From Rhodospirillaceae bacterium (GTDB lineage: Bacteria > Pseudomonadota > Gammaproteobacteria > Steroidobacterales > Rariloculaceae): DNA of 51,280 nt. Every line of letters starts with the position of its first letter. Position 1 is the first letter of the stretch. The stretch spans positions 1 through 51,280 of the forward strand of contig JBBIJV010000002.1 of NCBI GenBank assembly GCA_037445815.1, read 5' to 3'. Both the position numbers and the translations under genes were made by a program. Positions 27,980-38,442 of the stretch are shown here, one piece after another. Under the pieces are notes generated by a model that saw nothing but the letters and a program-made list of their open reading frames with translations, was not told the DNA's origin and did not search any database.

Positions 27980-29173
27980 TCAAGCGTCGAAGACCGGCAG
28001 GACGCGCACGGAAAGAATGCCCTCGATGCTGCGGATGCGCGCGAGCGTCTCGGCCGACGGCGGCGCGTCGAGATCCACCAGCGTGTAGGAGAGCTCGTCG
28101 CGCGAATGGTTCAGCATGTCGGCGATGTTGATGTCCTGCTCCGCGAGACACGTGAGGATCTGCGCGACCATGTTCGGCACGTTGCGGTGCGGGATCGCGA
28201 CGCGATTCGGCCGCGTGCGCTGGAGCACGGTCTCGGGGAAGTTCACCGAACGCGTGACGTTGCCGTTCTCGAGGAACTCGCGCAAGTTGTCCACGACCAT
28301 GACGGCGCAGTTCTCCTCGGCCTCGACGGTCGAAGCGCCCAAGTGCGGCAGGCAGATCACCTTCGGATGGTCGAGCAGCTCGCGAGTCGGGAAATCCGTG
28401 ACGTAGGCGCGCAGCTTGCCGCTACCGAGCGCCTCGATGACGGCCGCCGAGTCGACGATCGCGTCGCGCGAGAAGTTCAGAACGACGGAGCCGCGGCGCA
28501 TCGCCTCGAGCCGCGCGCCGTTGACGAGCTTGTCCGTCGATTTCGTGAGCGGCACGTGCACTGTGACCACGTCGGCGCGCGCGAACAGGTCGTCCAAGTT
28601 CACGGCCTTCTGCACGCCCGACGACAGCTGCCACGCGTGCTGCACCGTGATCGAGGGGTCGTAGCCGAGCACGTTCATGCCGAGCTTCAGCGCCGCGTTC
28701 GCGACCTCGACGCCGATCGCGCCCAAGCCCACCACGCCGAGCGTGCGCTTCGGCAGCTCGAACCCGACGAACTGCTTCTTGCCGGCTTCGACAGCCTTGT
28801 CGAGCTCCTCGCCGGAGCCTTTCAGCGTGCGCACGTAGTCCAGCGCCTGCGGTAAGTTGCGCGCAGCCATCAAGAGCCCCGCTATGACGAGCTCCTTGAC
28901 GGCGTTCGCATTGGCGCCCGGCGTGTTGAACACGGGCACGCCGAGCTTCGAGAGCTTCGCAACGGGGATGTTGTTCGTGCCGGCGCCGGCGCGCCCGACG
29001 GCGAGCAGCGACGACGGCAGCTCCATGTCGTGCATCTTGAACGAGCGCAGCAGAATCGCGTGAGGCTGGCTGATGTCCGACGCCACCTCGTAGCGGTCGC
29101 GCGGCAGGCGATCGAGGCCGGCCACGGCGATGCTGTTCAACGTGCGAACTTTGAACATCGTCACGGCGCTCAC
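27980..29173 (-). CDS. serA: D-3-phosphoglycerate dehydrogenase-type 2-hydroxyacid dehydrogenase with a C-terminal ACT domain
   Basis: The NAD-binding motif is GVVGLGAIGVEVA and the catalytic stretch is LPHLGAST. An ACT-like tail is present. Located between serC and pheA. The GTG start overlaps the serC stop; an alternative ATG is at 29158. Confidence 0.8.
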   Translation of the reverse strand: MSAVTMFKVRTLNSIAVAGLDRLPRDRYEVASDISQPHAILLRSFKMHDMELPSSLLAVGRAGAGTNNIPVAKLSKLGVPVFNTPGANANAVKELVIAGLLMAARNLPQALDYVRTLKGSGEELDKAVEAGKKQFVGFELPKRTLGVVGLGAIGVEVANAALKLGMNVLGYDPSITVQHAWQLSSGVQKAVNLDDLFARADVVTVHVPLTKSTDKLVNGARLEAMRRGSVVLNFSRDAIVDSAAVIEALGSGKLRAYVTDFPTRELLDHPKVICLPHLGASTVEAEENCAVMVVDNLREFLENGNVTRSVNFPETVLQRTRPNRVAIPHRNVPNMVAQILTCLAEQDINIADMLNHSRDELSYTLVDLDAPPSAETLARIRSIEGILSVRVLPVFDA

Positions 29174-30252
29174 CCGTGCCGCTTCGCGAAGTCGGCCATG
29201 AACGAGATCAACGCGTCGACGCCGGCTTCGGGCATCGCGTTGTAGAGGCTAGCACGCATGCCGCCGACGACGCGGTGGCCCTTCAGATTGGTGAGGCCCG
29301 CGGCCTTCGCCTCGTCGAGGAACGGCTTGTCGAGCTTCGCGTCCGGCAGCGTGAACGGCACGTTCATCCACGACCGGCAGGCCTTGTCCACGGGATTCTT
29401 GTAGAACTCGGAGCCGTCGATCGCGGCGTACAGCTTCGCCGCCTTGCGCTCGTTGACCTTGCCCATCGCGGCGAGTCCGCCCTGCTCCTCGAGCCAATCG
29501 AAGACGAGCCCGGCGAGATACCACGACAATGTCGACGGCGTGTTCCACATCGAGTCGTTGTCGGCCATCGTCTTGTAGTCGATGACGCCGGGCGTCTCGC
29601 GGCGCGCGCGGCCCAGGAAATCCTCGCGCACGATCACGATCGCGAGCCCGGCGGGGCCGATGTTTTTCTGCGCGCCTGCGTAGATGACGCCGAACCGGCT
29701 CACGTCGAGTGGCCGCGACAGCAGCGTCGACGACATGTCGGCCACCAGCGGCGCGTCGGACACTTCCGGGATGCTGTGGAACTCGACGCCGAACACGGTT
29801 TCGTTGGGCGTGTAGTGGAGATACGCGGCCGAATCGGACACTTTCCATGTGCCCGGGTCCGGTATCGACGTGAAGTTCGTCGCCTTGCTGGTCGCCGCGA
29901 CGTTGACGCGCACGTAGCGCTCGGCCTCCTTCACGGCCTTCTCGCCCCAGTTGCCTGTGACGACGTAGTCGACGACGCCGCCGGGCGGCGCGAGATTCAG
30001 CGGCACGGCCGCGAACTGCAACGTGGCGCCCCCTTGCAGGAACAGCACCTTGTAGTTGTCCGGCACGCCGAGTAGCCGCCGCAACGTGCGCTCGGATTGC
30101 GCGGCGTACTCGATGAACGCCGTGCCGCGATGGCTCACCTCCATCACGGACATGCCACTGCCCTGCCAATCGAGCAGCTCGGCTTGCGCCTTGCGCAATA
30201 CGGCTTCCGGCAGCATGGCCGGACCCGGGCTGAAATTGAAAACGCGTTTCAT
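29170..30252 (-). CDS. serC: Phosphoserine aminotransferase
   Basis: Translation is MKRVFNFSPGPAMLPEAVL...VMEVSHRG...GAQKNIGPAG. Confidence 0.95.
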   Translation of the reverse strand: MKRVFNFSPGPAMLPEAVLRKAQAELLDWQGSGMSVMEVSHRGTAFIEYAAQSERTLRRLLGVPDNYKVLFLQGGATLQFAAVPLNLAPPGGVVDYVVTGNWGEKAVKEAERYVRVNVAATSKATNFTSIPDPGTWKVSDSAAYLHYTPNETVFGVEFHSIPEVSDAPLVADMSSTLLSRPLDVSRFGVIYAGAQKNIGPAGLAIVIVREDFLGRARRETPGVIDYKTMADNDSMWNTPSTLSWYLAGLVFDWLEEQGGLAAMGKVNERKAAKLYAAIDGSEFYKNPVDKACRSWMNVPFTLPDAKLDKPFLDEAKAAGLTNLKGHRVVGGMRASLYNAMPEAGVDALISFMADFAKRHG

Positions 30253-30270
30253 CGAGAGAGTCTCCCTACC

Positions 30271-32817
30271 CTACTCGGCCTGATTCTCGTCGCCGGGCTC
30301 GCGCTCGACGCGCGAGATGCCGACGAGGCGGTCACCTTCGTCGAGCCGAATGAGCCGCACGCCTTGCGTGTTGCGGCTCATCGTCGAAATGTCCGTGACG
30401 GGCGTGCGGATCATCGTGCCCGTGGACGTGATCAACATCACCTCGTCCTCCGGCGATACTTGCATGGCGCCCACGAGCCGGCCGTTGCGCTCGGACGTTT
30501 GAATGCAGATGACGCCTTGGCCGCCGCGCCCTTGCACCGGGTGCTCTTCGATCGGCGTGAGCTTGCCGTAACCGTTCTCGGTGGCCGTCAGGATCGAGCC
30601 CACGCCGATGATGCTGAGAGCGATCACCTCGTCGCCGGCGCCGCCGAGCTTCAAGCCGCGCACGCCGGCGGCCGTGCGACCCATCGGCCGCACCGCGTGC
30701 TCCGAGAAGCGAATCGCCTTGCCCGATCTCGCGAACAGCATGATGTCCTGATTGCCGTTCGTGATGCCGGCGCCGATCAGCCGGTCGTCCTCGCGCAGCT
30801 CGACGGCGATGATGCCGCTCGCGCGCTGGCGCGCGAACGCCGCGAGCGGCGTCTTCTTGACCGTGCCGTTCTTCGTGGCGAGGAACACGAACTTGTCCTC
30901 CTCGAATGCCTTGACCGGCAGCACGGCGTTGATGCGCTCGCCTTCCTCGAGCGGCAGCAGATTGACGATTGGCCGGCCGCGAGCGCCCGGCGCCGCTCGC
31001 GGCACTTGGTACACCTTGAGCCAGTACGCCTTGCCGCGGCTCGAGAAGCAGAGAACCGTATCGTGCGAGCTCGCGACGAAGAGCTGGTCGATGAAGTCCT
31101 CGTCCTTGAGGCGCGCCGCCGTGCGGCCGCGGCCGCCGCGGCGCTGCGCATGGTAGGCGCCGGCCGGCTGCGATTTCGCGTACCCCGCGTGCGAGAGCGT
31201 CACGACCACGGTCTCCTCGGGGATCAGGTCCTCGACGGTCAAGTCGTCGTAGTTCTCGACGATCTCCGTGCGGCGCGGATCGGCGTACGCGTTACGCACT
31301 TCGAGCAACTCGTTGCGGATCACTTCCTGCAGCTTGTCCGGGTTCGCCAGAATCTCCAAAAATCCTTGAATATTAGCGATTACCTCACTGTATTCGCTGG
31401 AAATTTTGTCCTGCTCCAGCCCCGTGAGCCGGTGCAGACGCAGATCCAGAATGGCCTGCGCCTGAGCCGTCGAGAGGCGGTACGTGTCGCCGGCGAGCCC
31501 CGACTCCTCGGTGAGGTCCTCGGGGCGCGTCGCCGCCGTGCCGGCGCGCTCGAGCATCGCCGTGACAGGACCGGCCCGCCACGCTGCGGCCGTGAGTCCC
31601 GCGCGCGCCTCGGCCGGCGACGGCGACCGCTTGATGAGATCGATGATCTCGTCGATGTTCGCGAGCGCGACCATCAAGCCTTCCAAGATATGCGCGCGCT
31701 CGCGCGCCTTGCGCAGGTCGAACAGCGTCCTGCGCGTAACGACCTCGCGACGGTGGCGTAAGAAAGCCTCGAGCAGCTCCTTCAGCGACAGCAGCTTCGG
31801 CTGGTTGTCGACGAGGCCGACCATGTTGATGCCGAATACGCTCTGGAGCGGCGTCTGCTTGAACAGGTTGTTCAGCACCACGTCGGACAGCTCGCCGCGC
31901 TTGAGCTCGATGACCACGCGCATGCCGTCCTTGTCGGACTCGTCGCGCAGCTCGCTGATGCCCTCGAGCTTCTTCTCGCGGACGAGCTCGGCGATACGCT
32001 CGATGAGCCGCGCCTTGTTGACCTGGTACGGCAGCTCCGTGATGACGATCGCCTCGCGTCCGCCCTCGAGCGGCTCGACATGCGTGCGGCCGCGCACGTA
32101 GACGCGGCCGCGGCCCGTGTTGTAGGCCTCGACGATGCCCTGGATGCCGTGGATTTGGCCTGCCGTCGGGAAATCGGGCCCCGGCACGAGCCGAATCAGA
32201 TCCGCGATGCCGAGCGACGGATCCTTGAGCAGCGCGAGGCAGGCGTCGATGATCTCGCCCAAATTGTGCGGCGGGATGTTCGTGGCCATGCCGACGGCGA
32301 TGCCGCTCGAGCCGTTGACGAGCAGGTTCGGGATCCGCGTGGGCAGCACCGACGGCTCGCGCTCGCTCTCGTCGTAGTTCGGGACGAAGTCGACGGTCTC
32401 CTTGTCGATGTCGGCGAGGAGCTCCTGCGTGATCTTCGCCATCCGCACTTCGGTGTAGCGCATGGCCGCCGGTGCGTCGCCGTCCACGGAGCCGAAATTC
32501 CCCTGCCCGTCGACGAGCAGGTAGCGCATGGAGAACGGCTGAGCCATGCGCACGACGGTGTCGTAGACGGCGACCTCGCCGTGCGGGTGATACTTGCCGA
32601 TGACGTCGCCGACGACGCGGGCCGACTTCTTGTAGGGCTTGTTGTAGTCGTTGCCGAGCTCGCGCATCGCGTGCAGCACACGCCGATGAACCGGTTTCAG
32701 GCCGTCGCGGACGTCCGGCAACGCCCGCCCCACGATCACGCTCATCGCGTAATCGAGGTACGACTGGCGCATCTCGTCTTCGAGATTGACTGGCAGGACT
32801 TCCTTACCTACGGCCAT
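30271..32817 (-). CDS. gyrA: DNA gyrase subunit A
   Basis: Contains [14 protein letters not shown]...[31 protein letters not shown], which includes the QRDR region. The C-terminal beta-pinwheel repeats are present. Confidence 0.97.
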   Translation of the reverse strand: MAVGKEVLPVNLEDEMRQSYLDYAMSVIVGRALPDVRDGLKPVHRRVLHAMRELGNDYNKPYKKSARVVGDVIGKYHPHGEVAVYDTVVRMAQPFSMRYLLVDGQGNFGSVDGDAPAAMRYTEVRMAKITQELLADIDKETVDFVPNYDESEREPSVLPTRIPNLLVNGSSGIAVGMATNIPPHNLGEIIDACLALLKDPSLGIADLIRLVPGPDFPTAGQIHGIQGIVEAYNTGRGRVYVRGRTHVEPLEGGREAIVITELPYQVNKARLIERIAELVREKKLEGISELRDESDKDGMRVVIELKRGELSDVVLNNLFKQTPLQSVFGINMVGLVDNQPKLLSLKELLEAFLRHRREVVTRRTLFDLRKARERAHILEGLMVALANIDEIIDLIKRSPSPAEARAGLTAAAWRAGPVTAMLERAGTAATRPEDLTEESGLAGDTYRLSTAQAQAILDLRLHRLTGLEQDKISSEYSEVIANIQGFLEILANPDKLQEVIRNELLEVRNAYADPRRTEIVENYDDLTVEDLIPEETVVVTLSHAGYAKSQPAGAYHAQRRGGRGRTAARLKDEDFIDQLFVASSHDTVLCFSSRGKAYWLKVYQVPRAAPGARGRPIVNLLPLEEGERINAVLPVKAFEEDKFVFLATKNGTVKKTPLAAFARQRASGIIAVELREDDRLIGAGITNGNQDIMLFARSGKAIRFSEHAVRPMGRTAAGVRGLKLGGAGDEVIALSIIGVGSILTATENGYGKLTPIEEHPVQGRGGQGVICIQTSERNGRLVGAMQVSPEDEVMLITSTGTMIRTPVTDISTMSRNTQGVRLIRLDEGDRLVGISRVEREPGDENQAE

Positions 32818-33066
32818 CAGTTGCGCTCAATAAAATACAGGCCCGCCTCCACCCGCCCGCGACGGCGCGGAGGGACCCCAAAAATCGACGAGGTATGTGG
32901 TTTTCCGAGCGCTGCCGACGGCCGTTTACGCGGCTCTCGCATCGCCCCAACGACGCATCCAAGTGCCCAAAAAACAAGGCGGAAGTTTAGCACAGGCACC
33001 GCGGTCCCGTAGCGCCGGACGGCCTCTTTGAGGGCTATACTGGCTCGCCTTTCGCGAGCCCGGCCT

Positions 33067-34380
33067 ATGCAGAACATCGACGCCTTGATCTGTCCGCGAT
33101 GGACCATCTGCGTCGAGCCCGAAGTCGTCGCCCAGGAAGGTCTCGCCCTCGCGATCGACGCCGGCCGCATCCTCGACGTGCTGCCGGTCGCCGATGCCGA
33201 CCGCCGCTACGCCGCCCGGGTGCGTCACGAGCGCAGCAACCACGTCCTGATGCCTGGCCTCGTGAACGCCCACACGCACGCGGCCATGGCGCTCCTTCGC
33301 GGCTTCGCCGACGACGTGCCTTTCGACACGTGGCTGCGCGAGCGCATCTGGCCGGCCGAGGCGCGCTGGGTGAGCCCCGAGCTCGTCGCCGACGGCACGC
33401 GGCTTGCGATCGCCGAGATGCTGACGGGGGGCATCACGTGCTTCTCGGACATGTACTACTACCCTGACGTTGCGGGCGAGGCCGCGGCCGAGGCCGGCAT
33501 GCGGGCCGTCGTCGGCCTCATCGCGCTCGATTTCCCCACGGCTTGGGCCGCCGACGGCGACGAATACCTGCGCAAGGGCCTCGAGGTGCACGACCGCTTC
33601 AAGGCCGAGCCGCTGATCACGACGGCCTTTGCGCCGCATGCACCCTACAGCGTCGGCGACCGACTGCTGAAGCACATCCGCCTCCTCGCCGACGAGCTCG
33701 ATCTGCCCGTGCACATGCACGTGCACGAGACGGCCGCCGAGGTGGCCGACGCCCTCGCGGCGACGGGCCGCCGGCCGCTCGAGCGCCTTGCGGAGCTCGG
33801 CCTCGTGAATCCGAGCCTGATCGGCGTGCACGCGACGGCGCTCACCGAAAGTGAGATCGCCGCCCTCGCGACGGCCGGCGCGCACGTCGTCCACTGCCCT
33901 CGCTCGAATTTGAAGCTCGCGAGCGGGCTCTGCCCCGTCGCCGCGCTGCTCGAGGCGGAAGTCAACGTCGCGCTCGGCACCGACGGCGCCGCTAGCAACA
34001 ATCGCCTCGACCTCTGGGCGGAAATGCAGACGGCCGCGCTGCTCGCGAAGCAGGTTGCCGGCGACGCGGCGGCGCTGCCGGCCGCGGCGGCGGTTCGGCT
34101 CGCCACGATCAACGGTGCGCGTGCGCTCGGGCTCGCGGGCGAGATCGGGTCGCTCGTGCGAGGCAAGGCCGCGGACGTCATCTGCGTGGACCTGTCGGGC
34201 ATCGAGCACCAGCCGTTGCTCGATCCCGTCTCGCAGGTGGTTTACGCTGCCTCACGGCACGATGTGACCGACGTCTGGATCGCCGGCGAGCATCTCGTCG
34301 CGGAACGGGCCGCGCTGCGGCTCGACCTGGCCGAGATTCGCGCCGCGGCGGAGCGCTGGGGACAGAGGCTGCGCGGGTAA
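33067..34380 (+). CDS. TRZ/ATZ-family amidohydrolase (5-methylthioadenosine/S-adenosylhomocysteine deaminase-like)
   Basis: MQNIDALICPRWTICVEPE...LMPGLVNAHTHAAMALLRG carries the HxH metal site. Later motifs are HVHETAAEV and GTDGAASNN. It is adjacent to ubiG, as in pseudomonads. Confidence 0.8.
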   Translation: MQNIDALICPRWTICVEPEVVAQEGLALAIDAGRILDVLPVADADRRYAARVRHERSNHVLMPGLVNAHTHAAMALLRGFADDVPFDTWLRERIWPAEARWVSPELVADGTRLAIAEMLTGGITCFSDMYYYPDVAGEAAAEAGMRAVVGLIALDFPTAWAADGDEYLRKGLEVHDRFKAEPLITTAFAPHAPYSVGDRLLKHIRLLADELDLPVHMHVHETAAEVADALAATGRRPLERLAELGLVNPSLIGVHATALTESEIAALATAGAHVVHCPRSNLKLASGLCPVAALLEAEVNVALGTDGAASNNRLDLWAEMQTAALLAKQVAGDAAALPAAAAVRLATINGARALGLAGEIGSLVRGKAADVICVDLSGIEHQPLLDPVSQVVYAASRHDVTDVWIAGEHLVAERAALRLDLAEIRAAAERWGQRLRG

Positions 34381-34388
34381 GGAAACCG

Positions 34389-35099
34389 ATGAAGAACGTC
34401 GACTTGAGCGAGCTCGCCAAATTCGCAGCGCGCGCCGCCGAATGGTGGGACCCGCACGGGGCGTTTCGCACGCTGCACGACATTCACGACCTGCGCCTGG
34501 GCTACATCGCCGAGCGCGCGCGGCTCGCGGGCGCGCGTGTGCTCGACGTCGGCTGCGGCGGCGGCCTCGTCGCGGAAGGACTCGCCGAGCGCGGCGCCCA
34601 GGTCGTCGCGATCGACCTCGCGCCCGAGAACATCCTCGCCGCGCGCGAGCACGCGGCCGCCACGGGTCGGTCGATCGACTACCGCTGCGCGGCCGTCGAG
34701 CAGCTCGCCAGCGAGATGCCGGCGAGCTTCGACGTGGTGACGTGCCTCGAGATGCTCGAGCACGTGCCGGACCCGAGCTCGGTCGTCGCGGCCTGCGGAG
34801 CGGCGCTCAAGCCCGGCGGAACGGCGATCTTCTCCACGATCAACCGCAACGTGAAGAGCTTTGCGCTCGCGATCGTCGGCGCCGAGTACGTGCTCGGTCT
34901 CTTGCCGCGCGGCACGCACGAGTACGCGAAGCTCATCCGCCCGGCCGAGCTCGCAGCGTGGTGCCGAAAAGCGGGCCTGGAAATCGCGGATCTCACGGGT
35001 CTGCACTTCAATCCGGCCACGCGCACCTATTGGCTCGACGGAAACGTCGACGTCAACTACTTTGCCTGCGCCGTGCGCGCGCACCGAGGGACGGGATGA
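34389..35099 (+). CDS. ubiG: Ubiquinone biosynthesis O-methyltransferase
   Basis: Contains ELAKFAARAAEWWDPHGAFRTLHDIHDLRLGYI...VLDVGCGGGLVAE...EMLEHVPDP. Confidence 0.9.
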   Translation: MKNVDLSELAKFAARAAEWWDPHGAFRTLHDIHDLRLGYIAERARLAGARVLDVGCGGGLVAEGLAERGAQVVAIDLAPENILAAREHAAATGRSIDYRCAAVEQLASEMPASFDVVTCLEMLEHVPDPSSVVAACGAALKPGGTAIFSTINRNVKSFALAIVGAEYVLGLLPRGTHEYAKLIRPAELAAWCRKAGLEIADLTGLHFNPATRTYWLDGNVDVNYFACAVRAHRGTG

Positions 35100-36388
35100 C
35101 GGCGGACATCGTACTGTTCGTCGCTCTGGCCGCCGTTGCCGGGCTCGCGATCGGCCTCGCTCTCGGTCTCATGCGAACCATGAAGCTGACGCGCGAGCTC
35201 GCGGCGAAGGACGCGGAGCTCAAGAGCCGCGCCGCCGCCGACGTCGAGCGGCAGCGCATGCTCGAGGCCGCGTCGGATCGGCTCACCGCGGCATTCCACG
35301 ACCTGGCCGATCGCCAATTTCGCAGCCATTCCGAGACGTTTTTGAACCTCGCACGCGAGACGCTCGCCGTGCACACGGAGCGTGCCAAGGGCGAGTTGGC
35401 CGCGCGCGAGCAAGCCATCGGCAACCTCGTGACGCCGATCCGCGAGGCGCTCGAACGCGCCGAGCGGCAGATTCAGGAGCTCGACCGCTCGCGCCGCGAG
35501 ACGCACGGCAGCATCAGCGCTCAACTCGAAGCACTCGCTGCGAGCCAGCAGGCGCTCTCCGCGGAAACGCGCAACCTCGTGAGCGCGCTGCGGCGGCCCG
35601 AGGTGCGCGGCCAGTGGGGCGAGATCACGCTGCGCCGGCTCGTCGAGCTCGCGGGCATGGTCGAGCACTGCGATTTCGTCACGCAAAGTCATCAGCCCAC
35701 CGAGAGCGGCGCCGTGCGCCCGGACATGGTCATTCGCTTGCCCGAGGCGCGCGACCTCGTCGTGGACGTCAAGACGCCGCTCGACGCCTATCTCGAGGCG
35801 ACCGAGGCCGCGAGCGATACCGAGCGGCGCGCAGCGCTCGAGCGTCATGCGACCATCGTCGCGGGGCGCATCCGCGAGCTCGCGAGCAAAGCCTATTGGA
35901 GCCAGTTCGAGCGCAGCCCGGAATTCGTGATCCTGTTCATCCCGGGGGACCAGTTCCTGAGCGCGGCGCTTGCCGAGCGCCCCGGCCTGCTCGACGAAGC
36001 CCTGCGGCAGAACATCATCCTCGCGACACCGACGAGCCTCGTCGCGCTGCTGAAAGCCGTCGCCTACGGCTGGCAACAAAATGCGCTCGCACAGAACGCC
36101 GTGGAGATTCGCGGCTCCGCGGTGCAGCTCTACGAGCGCCTCGTCACGTTTGCGAGCCACCTCGGCAACGTGGGCAAAGCGCTCGGCGACAGCGTGCGCG
36201 CGTTCAACGCGAGCGTCGGGTCGCTCGAGCGCATGGTGTTGCCGAGCGCCCGACGGTTCACCGACCTCGGGGTGCAGCCAAGGCAGAAACTCGTGCCGCC
36301 GCGCTCGATCGAGGAGCTCACGCGCGACGTCGCCGCGGCCGAGTCGCAGGAGGCGGCCGCCGCCGACTCTACGGAGGGGCCGCGCTGA
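35096..36388 (+). CDS. rmuC: DNA recombination protein RmuC
   Basis: The ATG overlaps the ubiG stop (ATGA). An N-terminal TM and coiled coil are followed by RGQWGEITLRRLVELAGM...PDMVIRLPEARDLVVDVKTPL...FVILFIPGD. Confidence 0.9.
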   Translation: MTADIVLFVALAAVAGLAIGLALGLMRTMKLTRELAAKDAELKSRAAADVERQRMLEAASDRLTAAFHDLADRQFRSHSETFLNLARETLAVHTERAKGELAAREQAIGNLVTPIREALERAERQIQELDRSRRETHGSISAQLEALAASQQALSAETRNLVSALRRPEVRGQWGEITLRRLVELAGMVEHCDFVTQSHQPTESGAVRPDMVIRLPEARDLVVDVKTPLDAYLEATEAASDTERRAALERHATIVAGRIRELASKAYWSQFERSPEFVILFIPGDQFLSAALAERPGLLDEALRQNIILATPTSLVALLKAVAYGWQQNALAQNAVEIRGSAVQLYERLVTFASHLGNVGKALGDSVRAFNASVGSLERMVLPSARRFTDLGVQPRQKLVPPRSIEELTRDVAAAESQEAAAADSTEGPR

Positions 36389-36390
36389 CG

Positions 36391-37170
36391 ATGAGCACGT
36401 CGGAGACGAGCAGCGCCTGGCTCGACTATCGCCCCGCGCCCGGCGACTTCGCGGATCGAGTCATCCTCGTCACGGGTGCGACGGCGGGGCTAGGGCGCGC
36501 CGTGGCGCGCGAGCTCGTCGTGAGCGGCGCCACCGTCATCTTGCACGGGCGAAACGAGAAGGCGCTCGAAACGCTGTACCAAGAGCTCAAGCCATTGGGC
36601 CCAGAGCCGACCGTCGCGCAAATCGATCTCGAGCGCGCGCAGGGACCGCAATACCAGCAGCTCACGACCGAAATCGAAGCTCGCTACGGTCGTCTCGACG
36701 GCTTGCTGCACAACGCCGCGATCCTCGGCGACCTGAGCCCGATCGAGCACTACGACATCGGTACGTGGCAACGCGTGCTGCTCGTCGACCTGACGGCGCC
36801 GTTCATTCTGACGCGCTGCCTGTTGCCGCTGATGCGCGCCTCCGCCGATGCGTCGATCGTCTTCACAACGAGCAGCGTCGGGCAACGTGGCCGCGCGTTC
36901 TGGGGCGCGTACTCGGTGGCGAAAGCAGGCATCGAGAACCTCGCCGAAATCTTGAGCGACGAGCTCGAGAACACATCCGTGCGCGTGAACGTCGTGAACC
37001 CGGGCCGCACTCGCACACGAATGCGCGCGCGGGCGTATCCCGGCGAAAGCCCGGCCTCCGTACCGTCGCCGGAGACTAACTCCCCGCCGTTTCTCTATTT
37101 GCTGAGCTCGGCGAGCCGCGGGGTGCGCGGCCGCCGCTTGGACGTGCCCGAAGCGCGCGGCGAGCGTTAG
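36391..37170 (+). CDS. yciK: YciK-family short-chain dehydrogenase/reductase
   Basis: Contains ILVTGATAGLGRAVA...YSVAKAGIENL. The size matches and the position after rmuC fits. Confidence 0.75.
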   Translation: MSTSETSSAWLDYRPAPGDFADRVILVTGATAGLGRAVARELVVSGATVILHGRNEKALETLYQELKPLGPEPTVAQIDLERAQGPQYQQLTTEIEARYGRLDGLLHNAAILGDLSPIEHYDIGTWQRVLLVDLTAPFILTRCLLPLMRASADASIVFTTSSVGQRGRAFWGAYSVAKAGIENLAEILSDELENTSVRVNVVNPGRTRTRMRARAYPGESPASVPSPETNSPPFLYLLSSASRGVRGRRLDVPEARGER

Positions 37171-37811
37171 CGCGTGCGCTCGTCGGCCGCTGCGCGCAGC
37201 GCCGCCACGACGTCCGCGCGGCCGTCGTCGACGGCACCGTAGATCGTTGCAAGCTCCGCGACGGTCAGGTAATCGGGGTGATGGATCTCGACGAGCGCCG
37301 CGTATTCGACGACGCGGCCGTCCTTCTCGACGTCGAGCGCGTAGACGTGCTCGGCGAGGGGCGTGCCGGAGGCGATCTTCATCAGCGCCGCGAGCCGGCT
37401 CGACGCCGCGCGCTCGCCGTAGCGCAGGTGAGTCTTGCGAACGTTCCACCCGGCCGCGGCGAACACGGCGCCGATGGAGCCGCCCGCGAGAATAGCCGCA
37501 TGCTCGGCTCGAACGGCCTCGTCCATGGCGGCGGAGTAACGCACCACGGCAAAGGTTCGGCACGTCCGCTCGCCGCCGGCCGTGCTGTACAGATTCGAGA
37601 CCCGCACGCCGTCGCCCTCCTCGAGCACTTCGATGCCGTAATTGCCGAAGACCGCCTCGATGCGCTCGCTGTTCAACGGCTCCCCTGTGGGTTGCCCCGG
37701 CGCGGCCGCCGCCCAGGCGAGCGCAATTGCAGCTATATATAGATGTGTCGCGGAGGCGCAGTGCGCGGCCCAGCGCGGTATCGAGACGAGTTTCGAGGCT
37801 GTGAAGTGCAT
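37167..37811 (-). CDS. Hypothetical secreted protein
   Basis: A 214-aa ORF with a signal-like N-terminus (IAAIALAWAAAAPG). I recognise no family. Confidence 0.5.
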   Translation of the reverse strand: MHFTASKLVSIPRWAAHCASATHLYIAAIALAWAAAAPGQPTGEPLNSERIEAVFGNYGIEVLEEGDGVRVSNLYSTAGGERTCRTFAVVRYSAAMDEAVRAEHAAILAGGSIGAVFAAAGWNVRKTHLRYGERAASSRLAALMKIASGTPLAEHVYALDVEKDGRVVEYAALVEIHHPDYLTVAELATIYGAVDDGRADVVAALRAAADERTR

Positions 37812-37977
37812 CGCACCGAACCGTAAGATGACTAGAGAAACGTCAAAAACTTAAGTCGTGCCAATCAAAAAAAGTTGCGATATATACTAAGATCGAATGG
37901 CGACCGTTCATCGAGCCTGAGCGTACGCCCAGTTTCCTCCTTAAACGGTAGAATGCGAACACAACTCGGGAGGTCTC

Positions 37978-38379
37978 GTGGGCAAGAAACTCTACGTGGG
38001 TAATCTGCCGTTCTCTGCGACCGAAGAAGACATTGCCGCGAAGTTTGCGACCTGCGGCACTGTCGAATCGGCCAAACTCATCACCGATCGCGACACCGGC
38101 CGCAGCAAGGGGTTCGGTTTCGTAGAGATGAGCACCGACGCGGAAGCACAAGCCGCCATCGACAAGCTCAACGGCCAGGACTTCGGCGGCCGCCCGATGA
38201 CGGTGAACGAAGCTCGACCGCAGCAGAAGAAAGGCCCGCGCCAAGGCGGCGGTTATGGCGGCGGCGGTGGGCGCGGCGGCTACGGCGGCGGTGGCTACGG
38301 CGGTGGCGGTGGTTACGGCGGTGGCGGTGGCTACGGCGGTGGCGGCGGCTACGGCGGTGGCGGCGGCAATCGACGCTAA
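37978..38379 (+). CDS. RRM-domain RNA-binding protein with a glycine/tyrosine-rich tail
   Basis: GTG follows GGGAGG. RNP-2 is LYVGNL and RNP-1 is KGFGFVEM. The C-terminus is a (GGYGGG)n repeat. Confidence 0.85.
   Translation: MGKKLYVGNLPFSATEEDIAAKFATCGTVESAKLITDRDTGRSKGFGFVEMSTDAEAQAAIDKLNGQDFGGRPMTVNEARPQQKKGPRQGGGYGGGGGRGGYGGGGYGGGGGYGGGGGYGGGGGYGGGGGNRR
38247..38367 (+). repeat. Tandem, roughly 18-bp-period GGC/GGT/TAC coding repeat (Gly-Tyr tail of the RRM protein)
   Basis: Repeated units ggctacggcggtggcggy are read directly. The repeat generates spurious repeat-like ORFs in the other frames and on the other strand. Confidence 0.8.
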
Positions 38380-38405
38380 TCCTCGCGAACAAAGGAATCG
38401 AACAT

Positions 38406-38442
38406 GCGCGGGCGTCTCTCCGGAGCCGCCCGCGCTTGTTTT
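38406..38442. terminator. Rho-independent terminator between the convergent RRM and DMT genes
   Basis: The stem is GCGCGGGCG - 12 nt loop - CGCCCGCGC, followed by TTGTTTT on the + strand. Confidence 0.6.

Noticed and set aside
25591-28131. 846-aa ORF on the + strand
   Set aside because: It is antisense to aroA and pheA, both of which have unmistakable family motifs. Its composition is Arg/Ala/Gly-rich, as expected for the mirror frame in high-GC DNA. The same applies to 30097..31761, 32080..33012, 23236..24642, 28106..28855, 29176..30075, 41644..43539, 42986..44347 and similar ORFs.
32818-33066. Possible small RNA or tRNA in the gyrA / amidohydrolase divergent intergenic region
   Set aside because: No cloverleaf can be drawn. 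Only short GC hairpins and a TATACT -10-like element are present, consistent with ordinary divergent promoters.
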